Part shown: in pieces, positions 53,990 to 64,000 of the stretch
Numbering within the stretch: the first letter of the stretch is position 1
How the letters are laid out: the number at the start of each line of letters is the position of its first letter
From: a virus
Lineage: Duplodnaviria; Caudoviricetes
Strand: one strand, 5' to 3'
Virus record (IMG/VR): IMGVR_UViG_3300031555_004891
DNA: 64,000 nt
Position numbers and translations under genes: made by a program
Notes under the pieces: model-generated
The model's database searches: none
What the model saw: the letters and a program-made list of their open reading frames with translations, nothing else
What the model was told of the DNA's origin: nothing

Positions 53990-54826
53990 GTGAGCTTTTT
54001 AACTGAAGATAAAAGAAACTAGCTGCTGAGTAAAAGTAAGCAGAGTAAAAGACAAAAAGATGGTAAAACACGTTATCAAAAGCGTGTTAAATCAAAAGTA
54101 AAAGCTAATGTAAGCAACTTAAATAAAGTCAATTTTAACTAGTTATTCAAAGATAATATAATGACTGTTAATTTAGATGTTTAGGGTGAAACAAATGAGT
54201 ATGTAGTTACTATTTCATTTGGTGGTTTTTTAGATGAGTTACATAGCGAATTAAAGAAAGCAAATGACATTTTAGCACTGAGAGTTGTAATAAGATCCTT
54301 GCTTAACTCTTTTAATGGTGAAAATGTTTATATAAGATGCTCATGCCCCGATTTTCAATATAGAGGCGCGTATTGGGCTAGTAAAAATAATATCATAGTA
54401 GGTGAGAGAGAAAATAGACCTTCTGATATTACAAATCCAAATGATGATGTTGGACCTGGTTGCAAACATATAATGTTAGTGCTTTCAAATACGAGCTGGA
54501 TGATAAAGCTTGCTAGTGTTGTTTATAATTATATAAACTATATGGAAAAACATTATAAAAAGCTTTATGCTGATATTATTTATCCAGCAATTTATGATAG
54601 AAAATATGAAGAACCTGTTCAGCTTGATCTTGATACTATTGATCAAACAGATCTTGATACAGATTCTGAAACTATAGATAAATCCAACGCAGAAGCTCGA
54701 GATAGAGGTAAGTTTAAAGTTGGTAATAAGATGGGTGTACGATTTGCACCTAAAGAAGATAATAAGCAAATAAATCTGAGTCTGAGAGATATCGAGGATA
54801 CAGATGATGAAGAGGACGAAGAATAA
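53990..54826 (+). CDS. SWIM-type zinc-finger protein, 278 aa (3 TAG)
   Basis: GTG after SD GGAGG. CSCPDF...GCKHI. Confidence 0.75.
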
Positions 54827-56337
54827 TGGATTTCAAAAACATTATGTCAAAAAGCTTTAATAAACAAACTAACACTTTATCTGAAGCTGAAATAGATGCT
54901 AGACTTATAGAATCAGCTGGAAAAATATCAGATATTAAAAATCAAATTCAAGAGCTTAATACTACCTGGAAAGCTTTAAAAGAAGATAAAGATGGATTAG
55001 CTTTCGGAAACAGTCTTACTGCAAACAGTTTAAGAGAAGAATTTCAAGAAAAAGCTGAGGTACTCAAGAAGCAATTTAACGAAGCAAGAAATGAGTATTT
55101 AGAATATAAAAATCTTAAGAATAAACTATTAACTGAAGCTGAGATTAAATTATCACCAGAAGATATGTTTGATCCAGATAAGCCAGTTAAATTTACAGAT
55201 ATTGCTAAACGCGCTGATGATGAAGAAAAAGCAGAAATAGCTAGAAAAGCAGAAGAAGAAAGAAAAGCTGCTGCTAGAGAAAAATTGCATGATATTCTTG
55301 ATCCAGTAGAAAAAGCTATTGCTGCAGATGATGATCCAGATGATATTTTACAGATATTATTTGACGAGTTAGTACCACCTTCTGGTCCTGCTGAAACTGT
55401 TGCTGGTGAAATTGTAAGAGCTATTATGAGATTAGTTTATCGCGATTATAATGATGGTGATAAATTCTATGAAGGCTATGGTTTAGAAACGTGTGCAGCA
55501 CCAGCAGCTTATTTAGCAAATCACGGTTTTGCAGATGACTTAGAAAAAATTCTAGAAGATGCTGCAAATTTCGAAATGGATGATGATACTTACACAGAAG
55601 CTATAAAAGATCTAGAAGAAAGAATTATTCATGAAATTATTCAAGATGTAGATTTGTTTATAGATAAAAACGAAGAAGATTGTTTAGATCAAGATATTGA
55701 TTGGATTATAGAAGGTCAACCTAAACATACTTATGAAATTCCATGCTCTGATGATCTTACACCATTTATCGAAGCTGGATATTGCGATAGTTGGAAGCTA
55801 AAAGAATACGTTGAGAATCAATTAAGTTGGGAAGCATCTACTAGAGATGCTGAAATAGAAAGACCATGGAGTCATAACGATACTTCTGTAACTATTACAA
55901 ACTTAACTAAAGATGGGTTAGATAGAGTAGAAGAATTAGCTAAACATCATTTAGAAAGTTTCTGGGAAGATTTAGTTTCAGAGCTTAAAGAAGAGCATCC
56001 AACTCACGATTGTGATGATTGTGGTAATACTTTCTTCGAAGATGATATGGAAGAAATTGATGGTCAATGGATATGTCAAGATTGCGCAGATAGCAGAGAT
56101 TATTCTGATAGCGATGATGAAGAAGATCTTGATGAAGCTTTTACTAAACCTAGCACTTTATTGAGAATATTTAAGAGTTATTGTGATGGCGCGAATGAGC
56201 AACGCAATCCAGAAGCTTTTAGTAGAATGAGATATCTACTCAATACTTATGGTGATAATGACGAAGAAGCTTTTGAAAATGCTCCAGAAGATATTTAGAT
56301 GAGAGCTTTAGAGCTTATTGCACCACGTAGAGCTTAA
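54826..56337 (+). CDS. Acidic multi-domain protein, 503 aa (1 TAG); putative head cargo
   Basis: Coiled coil with LSE/LIE/LTE, an LVPPSGPAETVAGEIVRA module and a CDDC...CQDC finger. TAA 56335. Confidence 0.75.
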
Positions 56338-56356
56338 AATAAAATTGGAGGGTTTT

Positions 56357-56857
56357 ATGAACGAAGGTAAATTTGGTGCATTATTAACGCCTGATGCGAA
56401 GTTACATAGAAAATATTTTGAAGAATTAGTAACATTGCTAGGTATACAGGTATTTTATAGAGCACCTAAATCTAGCAAAAGATATACTACATACACAGAA
56501 ATAGAAAGTTTATATTACCCACCAGAAGCTGTTGGTGTTATATTTGATGAGCACCCAACACAACAAACATTGAAAAAGATGGGATGGGTTTCAGAATTGC
56601 AAGAAAATGCTTCTGTAATCCATGTTCCATATGACTTAAAATTTTTACAGCAAGGTGCATTATTCTTTATTCCTAGCGGTTTAGATAATATACCTAATCG
56701 CCTATTTAGAGTTACAAAATTAAGCAACTCAATGGTTTATCCAGCATCTATAAGTTGTGAAATTGTACCAGAATTTGAAAATTCATATAGTATAGAAAAT
56801 GATAATTTCAAATCTAGTAGCTTTAATGTTTTAGCAGAAGAGGATGATTATATATGA
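56357..56857 (+). CDS. Head closure/neck protein (T4 gp14-like), 166 aa
   Basis: SD GGAGGG. F.E.V...GI.V.Y, LKKMGW, G.LF.IP, LFRVT. Position in the neck region. Confidence 0.6.
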   Translation: MNEGKFGALLTPDAKLHRKYFEELVTLLGIQVFYRAPKSSKRYTTYTEIESLYYPPEAVGVIFDEHPTQQTLKKMGWVSELQENASVIHVPYDLKFLQQGALFFIPSGLDNIPNRLFRVTKLSNSMVYPASISCEIVPEFENSYSIENDNFKSSSFNVLAEEDDYI

Positions 56858-58407
56858 TTTTATTAGAAGCAGTGGACAATAGAGCTGAATTATTTCCATC
56901 ATATACGATTACTGATCCTACAACTAATGAAACAACAAAAACTAGCGTTGCTGAACAAATAAATCAGCTACGTGGCGATGAAAAAAATGTCGCAATATAT
57001 AAATTTTTAGAATAGTATCAAAGTCAAGAACCTGGATCACCATATGAAGGGCAACCTGGTAAACCACTTAAAGTATCAAGATTTATAAATGATTTATTAG
57101 CAGCAGTTTTGTTGTGGGGACCTGATGGATCTAACGTACATTAGAATCCTATAGTATACTTCTTAGAAAATTCAAAAATACCTACTGCTAAAATAGAAGC
57201 TGCAGGTTCTTACGCTATACCAGAATTATGTGATGCATTAGAAGAAGGTGATTTATCTAACGAAGATTTTGAGAGATATTTTATAGATAGTGATACTGGT
57301 ATCTTCGATGAAGATAGTAATGCTTTTAAGTATAAATTTGATATATTAAAAATATTTTTAGATAATAATCAACTAAGAAAATATAAAACAACATCTGGAG
57401 ATATTCCTTCTATAGATTGGATATTTAATAATAAAGATTGTATACCTAAAAGAGATGATGGTGTCTTGAAATCAGGAATTGCTGGATATCCAGAAGATGT
57501 TTCAGTAGTAACAAACAAATTTCTTCCTTATGCAGACATGAGAAAAGTAGCTAAAGCTTTAGTGCAAGAAGATAGCTCTAAAGAAACTTTATCTCTAAAG
57601 AAAGTAATGCAAGATCAATTTAAGCTTACTAAACCAGAAGATATAAATACTAAAATAAAAGAATTTTTTAATAACGCTGATGCGAAGAAAGAATTAAGAG
57701 TAGTAGCTGATGCAGATAAATATTAGAAATATGCGGAAAGTTATCTGATAGGTGATAAAAAAGATAAAGCTTAGAATTTCTTGAAACTAGTAGAAATACA
57801 ACATCCATATGATGTTATACGAATAATATAGGGTATAGAGGATAAAGCAACTGGTATTAGTGATACAGAGGAAATTTCAGAACCAGTCACTTTCAAGGAC
57901 ATTATTAAAAAGCGTGGTTGGACAAATGATACTGCTTTAAATGAGCTTTTCAAAATAATTAAAGATACAGATACTTCTATTTTAGGACCTAAAGCAAAAT
58001 CTACTTTAAGATCTTTTATAAAATCTAGAATGCAAGATGATTCTTCTAGAAAAGATTTATTAAGCTTAAAAATTGCATCTAACACAGACTCAGATATTAT
58101 AAAAAGTCTTATTGCATATCGAAAAGCCTATATGAAAAATAAAATTTCAGGTTTTGATATTCTTGCAAATATTTTAGGTATTCCAAAAAGTGCTGTTAAT
58201 AAAAAACATCTTCAAGATCAAGCTATTAGAGTATGCAAGATACTTAAGAAAGATAATGAAGATGAAGTTATAAATAAAATAAGATCAGGTATTTTAGATG
58301 ATACTTTAATTAGAATTTTTAATAAAAAATATCCTGTTACAGCATCAACAGAAAAACCTTTAGCCCTCATAACACCTGAAATTTCAAAAATTTTATTACC
58401 TTTATAA
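56854..58407 (+). CDS. Hypothetical protein, 517 aa (5 TAG)
   Basis: ATGA overlap with the upstream stop. Continuous frame through five TAGs. Starts MILLEA. Confidence 0.75.
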
Positions 58408-58416
58408 GAGTTTGTT

Positions 58417-58848
58417 ATGAATTTAACGATAAATATATCTAGAAGAAATCCAAAAACAGATTTATTTATAGATGGAATACTTATACCTTATATAGAAGAT
58501 ACTTTTATAAATTTAATTGATAGAAGAAAACTTATAAAATATAAAGACTATTTTAAGAATAATAATTTAGGTTGGATAACTTATAATAATAAGACAATTA
58601 TACCTTCTGCATATGAAATTTTGATAGCAGGAATTAAAAATCTTATAGTTTATAGATATCCAGATAAATATGTTATAACAATAAATCCAAACAAAATACT
58701 ACCAAAAACTTCTGCTAAATTAAATGATATTTGTAAATTAATAAATTATGGAACGCTATCTATATCTAGATATCCAATATTTACAGAAGTATTTGAAATA
58801 ATAAGTAAGCAAGTGCCTTATTTATATGAAACATTTTTGGAGGAATAA
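58417..58848 (+). CDS. Basic hypothetical protein, 143 aa
   Basis: Tightly packed ORF between its neighbours. Confidence 0.7.
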   Translation: MNLTINISRRNPKTDLFIDGILIPYIEDTFINLIDRRKLIKYKDYFKNNNLGWITYNNKTIIPSAYEILIAGIKNLIVYRYPDKYVITINPNKILPKTSAKLNDICKLINYGTLSISRYPIFTEVFEIISKQVPYLYETFLEE

Positions 58849-58850
58849 AA

Positions 58851-59465
58851 ATGGCCATTTCATATTATGATGATGCATTGCTAGCTAAAATAAAAAGCTG
58901 GGTAATGGATGATAATATATAGATTACAGGCCCAGCCGAAACCCGAAGATTATTTGAGTATAGAGCTGATATATCAGATGATAAACCTCTCACATTACCT
59001 ATAATAACTTTAACGAGAGGCAATGATATAGAAATCTTATCTACAAATAAAAAACCCTTAACCTATGATGGTATGACTATGGAAGCTAATGCTAGAAAAA
59101 GTGCTTAGTTAAATGGGATACCTATTAAGTTAACTTATTAGATAGATATATATACTAAATTTTTTAAAGAAGCTGATGAGTACTTAAGAAATTTTATATT
59201 TAAGCTTATAAATTTTCCTAAATTGCTCATACAAATACCTTACAATGGTGCTAATATAGAGCACACATCAAATATAATATTAGATACAACAGTAACTGAT
59301 AATTCAGATATTCCTGAACGACTTGTCCCAGGACAATTCACTAGAATGACTTTATCACTAACAATAGATGATGCATGGTTATTCGATTATAAGATCAGAA
59401 ATAATTACACAGTTGAATATGACTGGGATGTTGTATTAGAATCAGATAGATTAAAATAGGAGTAA
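58851..59465 (+). CDS. Tail terminator/sheath stabiliser (T4 gp15-like), 204 aa (4 TAG)
   Basis: LPIITLTR and PIKLTY(Q)IDIYTK...AD. Directly before the sheath gene. Confidence 0.7.
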
Positions 59466-59469
59466 AAAC

Positions 59470-61374
59470 ATGCCTAAAATTACATTTAACGAAGTAGATT
59501 TAACTAGTCCTGGTACCTTAAATGTAACTGCAAATACAGTTTATGTTCCTGGATTTTCAGTTTCTGGACCTGTTAATGAACCTACATTATTAAATTCTGT
59601 AGCAGATCTCGAAAGTAAATTTGGAACTGATACAATTACATTTTCAAGTACTTTTACATATAATAGTAAGAAAGTATTTGCTCAAGGACAAAAAGAACCT
59701 AGCTATTTATATGCTAAAACACTTTTAGCTGCAGGCTTACCTGTTATGTTTGAACGTGTTTCAGATGCTGCTAGAACTATTTCTCCAATAACTGCTTATA
59801 ATGAGTTGAGTAAAGCTTTAAGTGCTGCAAAAGTTAAAGATTGTGGTTCTTATAATGTTAAATTCTTAACAACTGGTGGTTATCCAAACGTAGATGGTAT
59901 AGCAAAAGTTGCAGAAGGTTCAAAAGCAAGCTTATTTGATAATGCAGACAGTGTTACTGGAATCAGTGATTATACTATTAGATTAGTTGCAGATTCTTTT
60001 AAGGCAGCTGATTTAACAGTTGATCAAACTATTGCAAACCGTTTATATAATCACAATTTAGGTTATGCAGAAGTTCATTATGGAGAATTTGCTGATATTG
60101 TTTCTCCATATGGCTTAAACTTAAATAATACATTTGATATTAACACCGCAGAAAGCATTAGTTTTGCTATATGCAGCAATGCTAAATATTTAAGAAAATT
60201 AGGTGAAAGTACTAACGCAGTTCACTCATGGATTTTAAATAACTGTTGGTTAGAAGTAATAGCTAATAAAGAAGCAGCAACTGATTGCGATAATCTATGG
60301 ACAGTTAAACTTTATGGTTACAAATATTCTGATGGAACTGTTTATGCTCCAGTAGTGGATGCTAGCGTACAAACAGCTGGTGGAGATGGTCTTACATATG
60401 AAGGTACTGATACAGCAGGTACAGATGCGCCAGTAGAAGAAAGTAAACGTGTGCTTTTAACGACACATGTAACTCATGCAGAAACCTTAAAAGATTTAGT
60501 TAAAGATTTCTACTTCTGCTGTGATGTTGATTCTGGAATAACTAAAATGACTATTTACGCAACAACAGCTGTAAGTACAACTTCTTCTGAAGCTAACAGC
60601 ACATTTAGTGTAAAAGGCTTAGGTGATGCTTTATACACAATTGCTGCTAATAATAGAAAAGATTGCGTAGCTCTTTTAGATCATACACCTGATATCAAAC
60701 CAGAAAATGTAATAGAAGAATTATTCCCTAACTTAGATGGTTATGGAGAATATGGTGCTATGTTTACACCATGGGGAACATATTCTATAGCTGGGGAAAC
60801 ATTAGTTTATAACATGCCTGCATCTCTCGGTTATTTGCTTGCTTTAGCTAGATCTACTGCAAATAATCCAGATTGGTTAGCTATAGCTGGTGCAAATAGA
60901 GGTGGTGTTCCTAATTTACAATCTGTAAATGAAAAGGTAACAAATGCAGTAGCTGAGTCATACCAATCTAGAATGGGTATATCAATTAACCCTATTACAG
61001 AGATTACACCTTATGGTGATTTAATTTGGGGTAATAGAACTCTTAAGAATAACCCAGCTAATTTAACTGCTAAATCTTTCTTAAATATCAGAGTGCTTAT
61101 CTGTAACGTTGTTAAAACAGCATTTGCAGCAGCTAGATCAATGACTTTCGAGCAAAATAATGACATATTATGGGTTAACTTTAAGTCTATGATTATTCCT
61201 ACACTTGACCAAATGGTTAAAGGTGCTGGTATAAGTGCTTACGAATTAAAGAAACGCGCTAATAAACAAAAAGCTGAACTTAGATGCGTCATTAGATTAT
61301 ATGCTATCGAAGCAGTAGAAGATTTTGAAATCGAATTACAACTCGCAGATGATACTTCTGCAGTAATAGAGTAA
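59470..61374 (+). CDS. Tail sheath protein (T4 gp18-like), 634 aa
   Basis: GPVNEPTL, RKDCVALLD, W.A.AGANRG, INPI, IWGNRTL, LNIR, FEQN. Confidence 0.93.
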   Translation: MPKITFNEVDLTSPGTLNVTANTVYVPGFSVSGPVNEPTLLNSVADLESKFGTDTITFSSTFTYNSKKVFAQGQKEPSYLYAKTLLAAGLPVMFERVSDAARTISPITAYNELSKALSAAKVKDCGSYNVKFLTTGGYPNVDGIAKVAEGSKASLFDNADSVTGISDYTIRLVADSFKAADLTVDQTIANRLYNHNLGYAEVHYGEFADIVSPYGLNLNNTFDINTAESISFAICSNAKYLRKLGESTNAVHSWILNNCWLEVIANKEAATDCDNLWTVKLYGYKYSDGTVYAPVVDASVQTAGGDGLTYEGTDTAGTDAPVEESKRVLLTTHVTHAETLKDLVKDFYFCCDVDSGITKMTIYATTAVSTTSSEANSTFSVKGLGDALYTIAANNRKDCVALLDHTPDIKPENVIEELFPNLDGYGEYGAMFTPWGTYSIAGETLVYNMPASLGYLLALARSTANNPDWLAIAGANRGGVPNLQSVNEKVTNAVAESYQSRMGISINPITEITPYGDLIWGNRTLKNNPANLTAKSFLNIRVLICNVVKTAFAAARSMTFEQNNDILWVNFKSMIIPTLDQMVKGAGISAYELKKRANKQKAELRCVIRLYAIEAVEDFEIELQLADDTSAVIE

Positions 61375-61393
61375 GGATAGGGGGAAATAATAA

Positions 61394-61993
61394 ATGTCAA
61401 CACATACAATAAGTAATGTTACAGGTTTAGGCGCCTATCACTTAGCTGCTAATCCAGATTTATACGAAGTTGCTAGAAGTAATAACTTCGAATTTGTAGT
61501 AACTGGAATTGATAGCCTTCTTGCAGCTGGTAAAGTAGAAGGTGTTGCTGAAACCATTGTTAATGGTCAAGAAATTATCAGATTATCTGTTATCGAGTCT
61601 TCTCTTCCTACATTTACTCAAGATGTAATTGAAATTAGACGTGGTAACTCAGTTATGAAAGCTGCTGGTTTACCTAAGTTTGAAGCTGGTACACTTAAGG
61701 TGCATGACTTCGTAGGTGCTGATACTAAATCAGTCCTCATGGCTTGGCAAAATTTATCTTATAACGTAGCTACTGAAAAAATCGGTAAAATGTCAGAATA
61801 TAAGAAAGATTGCTGGCTTATGGAATACACACCTAATGGTGAACTTATCAGACAGTGGGAATTAAAAGGTTGTTGGATAAATGGTATCACAATGCCTAAC
61901 TACAATCAAGAAAGTGGTGATAAGAGAGATATTACAGCTAACATTGTTTATGATTATGCTTTAATGAGTAAACCTGACGACGAAGCAGAATAA
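61394..61993 (+). CDS. Tail tube protein (T4 gp19-like), 199 aa
   Basis: RSNNFEF, LP, RGN..K.AG, L.AW, YKKD, W.L.GCW, YD. Confidence 0.9.
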   Translation: MSTHTISNVTGLGAYHLAANPDLYEVARSNNFEFVVTGIDSLLAAGKVEGVAETIVNGQEIIRLSVIESSLPTFTQDVIEIRRGNSVMKAAGLPKFEAGTLKVHDFVGADTKSVLMAWQNLSYNVATEKIGKMSEYKKDCWLMEYTPNGELIRQWELKGCWINGITMPNYNQESGDKRDITANIVYDYALMSKPDDEAE

Positions 61994-62015
61994 AATAATA
62001 TATAATGTACAATTC

Positions 62016-62028
62016 CTGTATAAAATAT
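62016..62028 (+). promoter_or_regulatory. CTGTATAAAATAT motif
   Basis: Identical to the copy at 50736. Confidence 0.45.
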
Positions 62029-62066
62029 TGTATATAAGAGAATACTGAAATTACAGTGAATAACTT

Positions 62067-62115
62067 AAGACATTGAATAGTTAGATGAGAAGTTGTTTAC
62101 TATTCAATGTCTTTT
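62067..62115 (+). terminator. Intrinsic terminator after the tube gene
   Basis: AAGACATTGAATAGT / ACTATTCAATGTCTT 15-bp stem followed by a T tract. Confidence 0.75.
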
Positions 62116-62226
62116 CTATTTATATAGATAATTACGTATATACGTAAAATCTAAAATAAAAATTCATTTATAATATAATTTATAACAATAAAATATTTAG
62201 TTAGAGATTATATGGAGGATTATATA

Positions 62227-62985
62227 ATGGATAACATTACAATTCAAGAATCTTTCACATTACCATCTTTAGGAAAAATTTATAGTAGAGATATAAATTC
62301 TAAATTTAGAATGCGCTCTATGACTACAGAAGATGAAATGAGAAGATTATCACCATCTGAAAATGCTTATGAAGTCTTATCTCAAGTAATAGATGATTGT
62401 GTTTTAGATCCTATTGGAATATCAGCATATGATATGCATTTAGGTGATTATCAATATCTTTTGCATAGGTTAAGAGTCGTTACTTATGGACCTGAGTATA
62501 AAGTACAAACTGTTTGTCCAGCATGTGGTAACATAGATAAGTATAGTATCGATCTAGATGATTTAGAAGTTTTAGAATATAACGAAGAAGAGTATAAGAA
62601 ATATTCTACTGTTTATCTTCCTAACTGTAAAAAGACAGTAGAATTAAAATTTCAAACACCTAGAATTCTAGATCAAATAGCACAAAAGAAAAAAGATGCG
62701 AAGAGAAGAAATCCAGATTTAAATGTAAATCTAGATACTTTATATAATGCTCAATCTATGATTAAAACAATAGATGGGCAAGTTATTGACCCAGTTAGGC
62801 TTGAACAAATGGTAAGAAAGATGTCTATGGGAGATACAGCAAGAATCATACAGGCTGGGTCTAAATTAAATCTTAAAATAGGGTTGCAAGCTATAGTTCC
62901 TACTAGATGCTCTGAGTGCGGTGTAGATTATAACGCTCCGTTTCGCATCACAGGGGAGTTTTTTGGACCCACCTTTGACGAGTGA
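62227..62985 (+). CDS. Baseplate hub/tail assembly chaperone (T4 gp26-like), 252 aa
   Basis: SD GGAGG before ATG 62227. LPS.G..Y, MTTEDE, GD..YLL..LR..TYG..Y, CPAC, CSEC, terminal FFGP. Confidence 0.8.
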   Translation: MDNITIQESFTLPSLGKIYSRDINSKFRMRSMTTEDEMRRLSPSENAYEVLSQVIDDCVLDPIGISAYDMHLGDYQYLLHRLRVVTYGPEYKVQTVCPACGNIDKYSIDLDDLEVLEYNEEEYKKYSTVYLPNCKKTVELKFQTPRILDQIAQKKKDAKRRNPDLNVNLDTLYNAQSMIKTIDGQVIDPVRLEQMVRKMSMGDTARIIQAGSKLNLKIGLQAIVPTRCSECGVDYNAPFRITGEFFGPTFDE

Positions 62986-63190
62986 TGGTAAACCTTTCGC
63001 TCCGATAAGATGGAAACAGATTGTAAAAGAAAGATTTTTAATATCAAAAAATATAAACACATCTTATTTAGATATTGGGAAAATGACCCCAAAAGAAAGA
63101 GAATATCTACTAGAATTTATCCATGAAGATGCTATAAAAACAAAAGAGTATTTGGATAATATAAAAGCAAAGTCTAAGAGTAAAGATTAA
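62963..63190 (+). CDS. Small tail assembly protein (T4 gp51-like), or frameshift extension of the chaperone
   Basis: Overlaps the upstream gene in the +1 frame. SY.DI..M.P.ER.Y.L motif. Confidence 0.7.
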   Translation: MDPPLTSDGKPFAPIRWKQIVKERFLISKNINTSYLDIGKMTPKEREYLLEFIHEDAIKTKEYLDNIKAKSKSKD

Positions 63191-63202
63191 AGGGAGTAAT
63201 GC

Positions 63203-64000
63203 ATGGCTACTACAAGTATGGATGCTAGAGTAACTGGAAAAAAAGCAGAAGCAGCTAGAGAAAAAAATGCATAGAAAGCCATTGCTGAAAAACTCAAAAA
63301 AGCTAATCCAGGAATGTCAGATGCTGACATAAAGACAGAAGTTAATAAAATAATAAAACGTTTTACTGATGCTGGTAAGAAAAATTTACTTTTAGAATAG
63401 AAATCTGAAAAAGAGCTTAGAAAAGAGCGTATTTAGGCTCAAAAAGATCTTAATTAGATGTAGATGGATAGTGCCGTTGGTTTCACTGAAAAGTTGAAAG
63501 TAGCTGGCGATAGCATGAAAACCAGTTTAGAAGAAGCTGGTGAAAAGCTAAAAGAAAATTTAGGAAATGTTTTAAGCAATCTAGGTAATATGTTTGACAT
63601 AAAAGGTCAAGCAGAGTTACTAGGTAGATACTCTTCTAAAATAGATGCTAGATTATAGGGCTATGAAGGCCAAAATTATGGACATTTCGCCGAAATATCG
63701 GAATTAATAAGAGATAATTTAGCTGCTAGTCCTTATATCACACAAAGCGAGATGCTAGAGAACTTAAATGCTCTAGTAGATCAAGGTATCGCTTTTAACT
63801 TAGAGCAAAGAGCTTTCTTAGAAACTGTTAGTGATAAGATTGTTACCACATTTGATACTTTTTCTGGAAGCTTGATGAGAATAATTAGGCTGCAAGGTGC
63901 AGATAGTACAGCAGCTAGAGTTGGTATGGAAGCATACTTAACTCAAATGTTAAATAAGTATTATGAAGATTCTGCTTATTTATCTACAAATTTTGATAGC
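63203..64000 (+). CDS. Tape measure protein, N-terminal part (3'-partial; 6 TAG)
   Basis: SD GGGAG. Helical, Ala/Lys/Glu-rich. Follows the tube and chaperone genes. Frame is open to the window end when TAG is read as sense. Confidence 0.75.

Noticed and set aside
37614-62030. CTGTATA motifs as LexA/SOS boxes
   Set aside because: None completes CTGT-N8-ACAG, and the probable host group uses a different SOS box.
5203-63060. Minus-strand ORFs in the supplied track
   Set aside because: All are short, lie wholly or largely antisense to well-supported + strand genes, and show shadow-frame composition.
1-64000. Assignment to Lak megaphage or crAss-like phage
   Set aside because: A contractile sheath excludes crAss-like podoviruses, and strong SD use argues against Lak. 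No specific taxon can be supported without a search.

Overview
This 64 kb AT-rich window is the late (virion morphogenesis) region of a large T4-like, contractile-tailed phage. Every credible gene is on the + strand. The phage reads TAG as a sense codon, almost certainly Gln (genetic code 15). The supplied ORF track is therefore fragmented; reading through TAG joins the fragments into intact genes that end in TAA or TGA. Gene order: end of a fibre gene (<1-1092); a block of acidic multi-domain proteins that look like prohead-protease-processed head cargo (1.2-12.7 kb); two related fibre cassettes with a regular C-terminus/N-terminus connector pattern, plus a 2396-aa CotH-kinase-like/LRR protein (12.8-37.6 kb); two TPR-glycosyltransferases; a membrane/holin cluster; terminase large subunit, portal, protease-scaffold fusion and major capsid protein; neck proteins with more acidic head proteins; tail terminator, sheath, tube, tail assembly chaperones and the start of the tape measure gene. 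A recurring intergenic motif, GCTAAATTA, is a candidate late promoter. Strong GGAG(G) Shine-Dalgarno sites suggest a Bacillota host. I saw no tRNA, rRNA, CRISPR array, endolysin or mobile element. Merged coordinates and TAG counts were read by hand. Family assignments come from motif recognition, not database searches.
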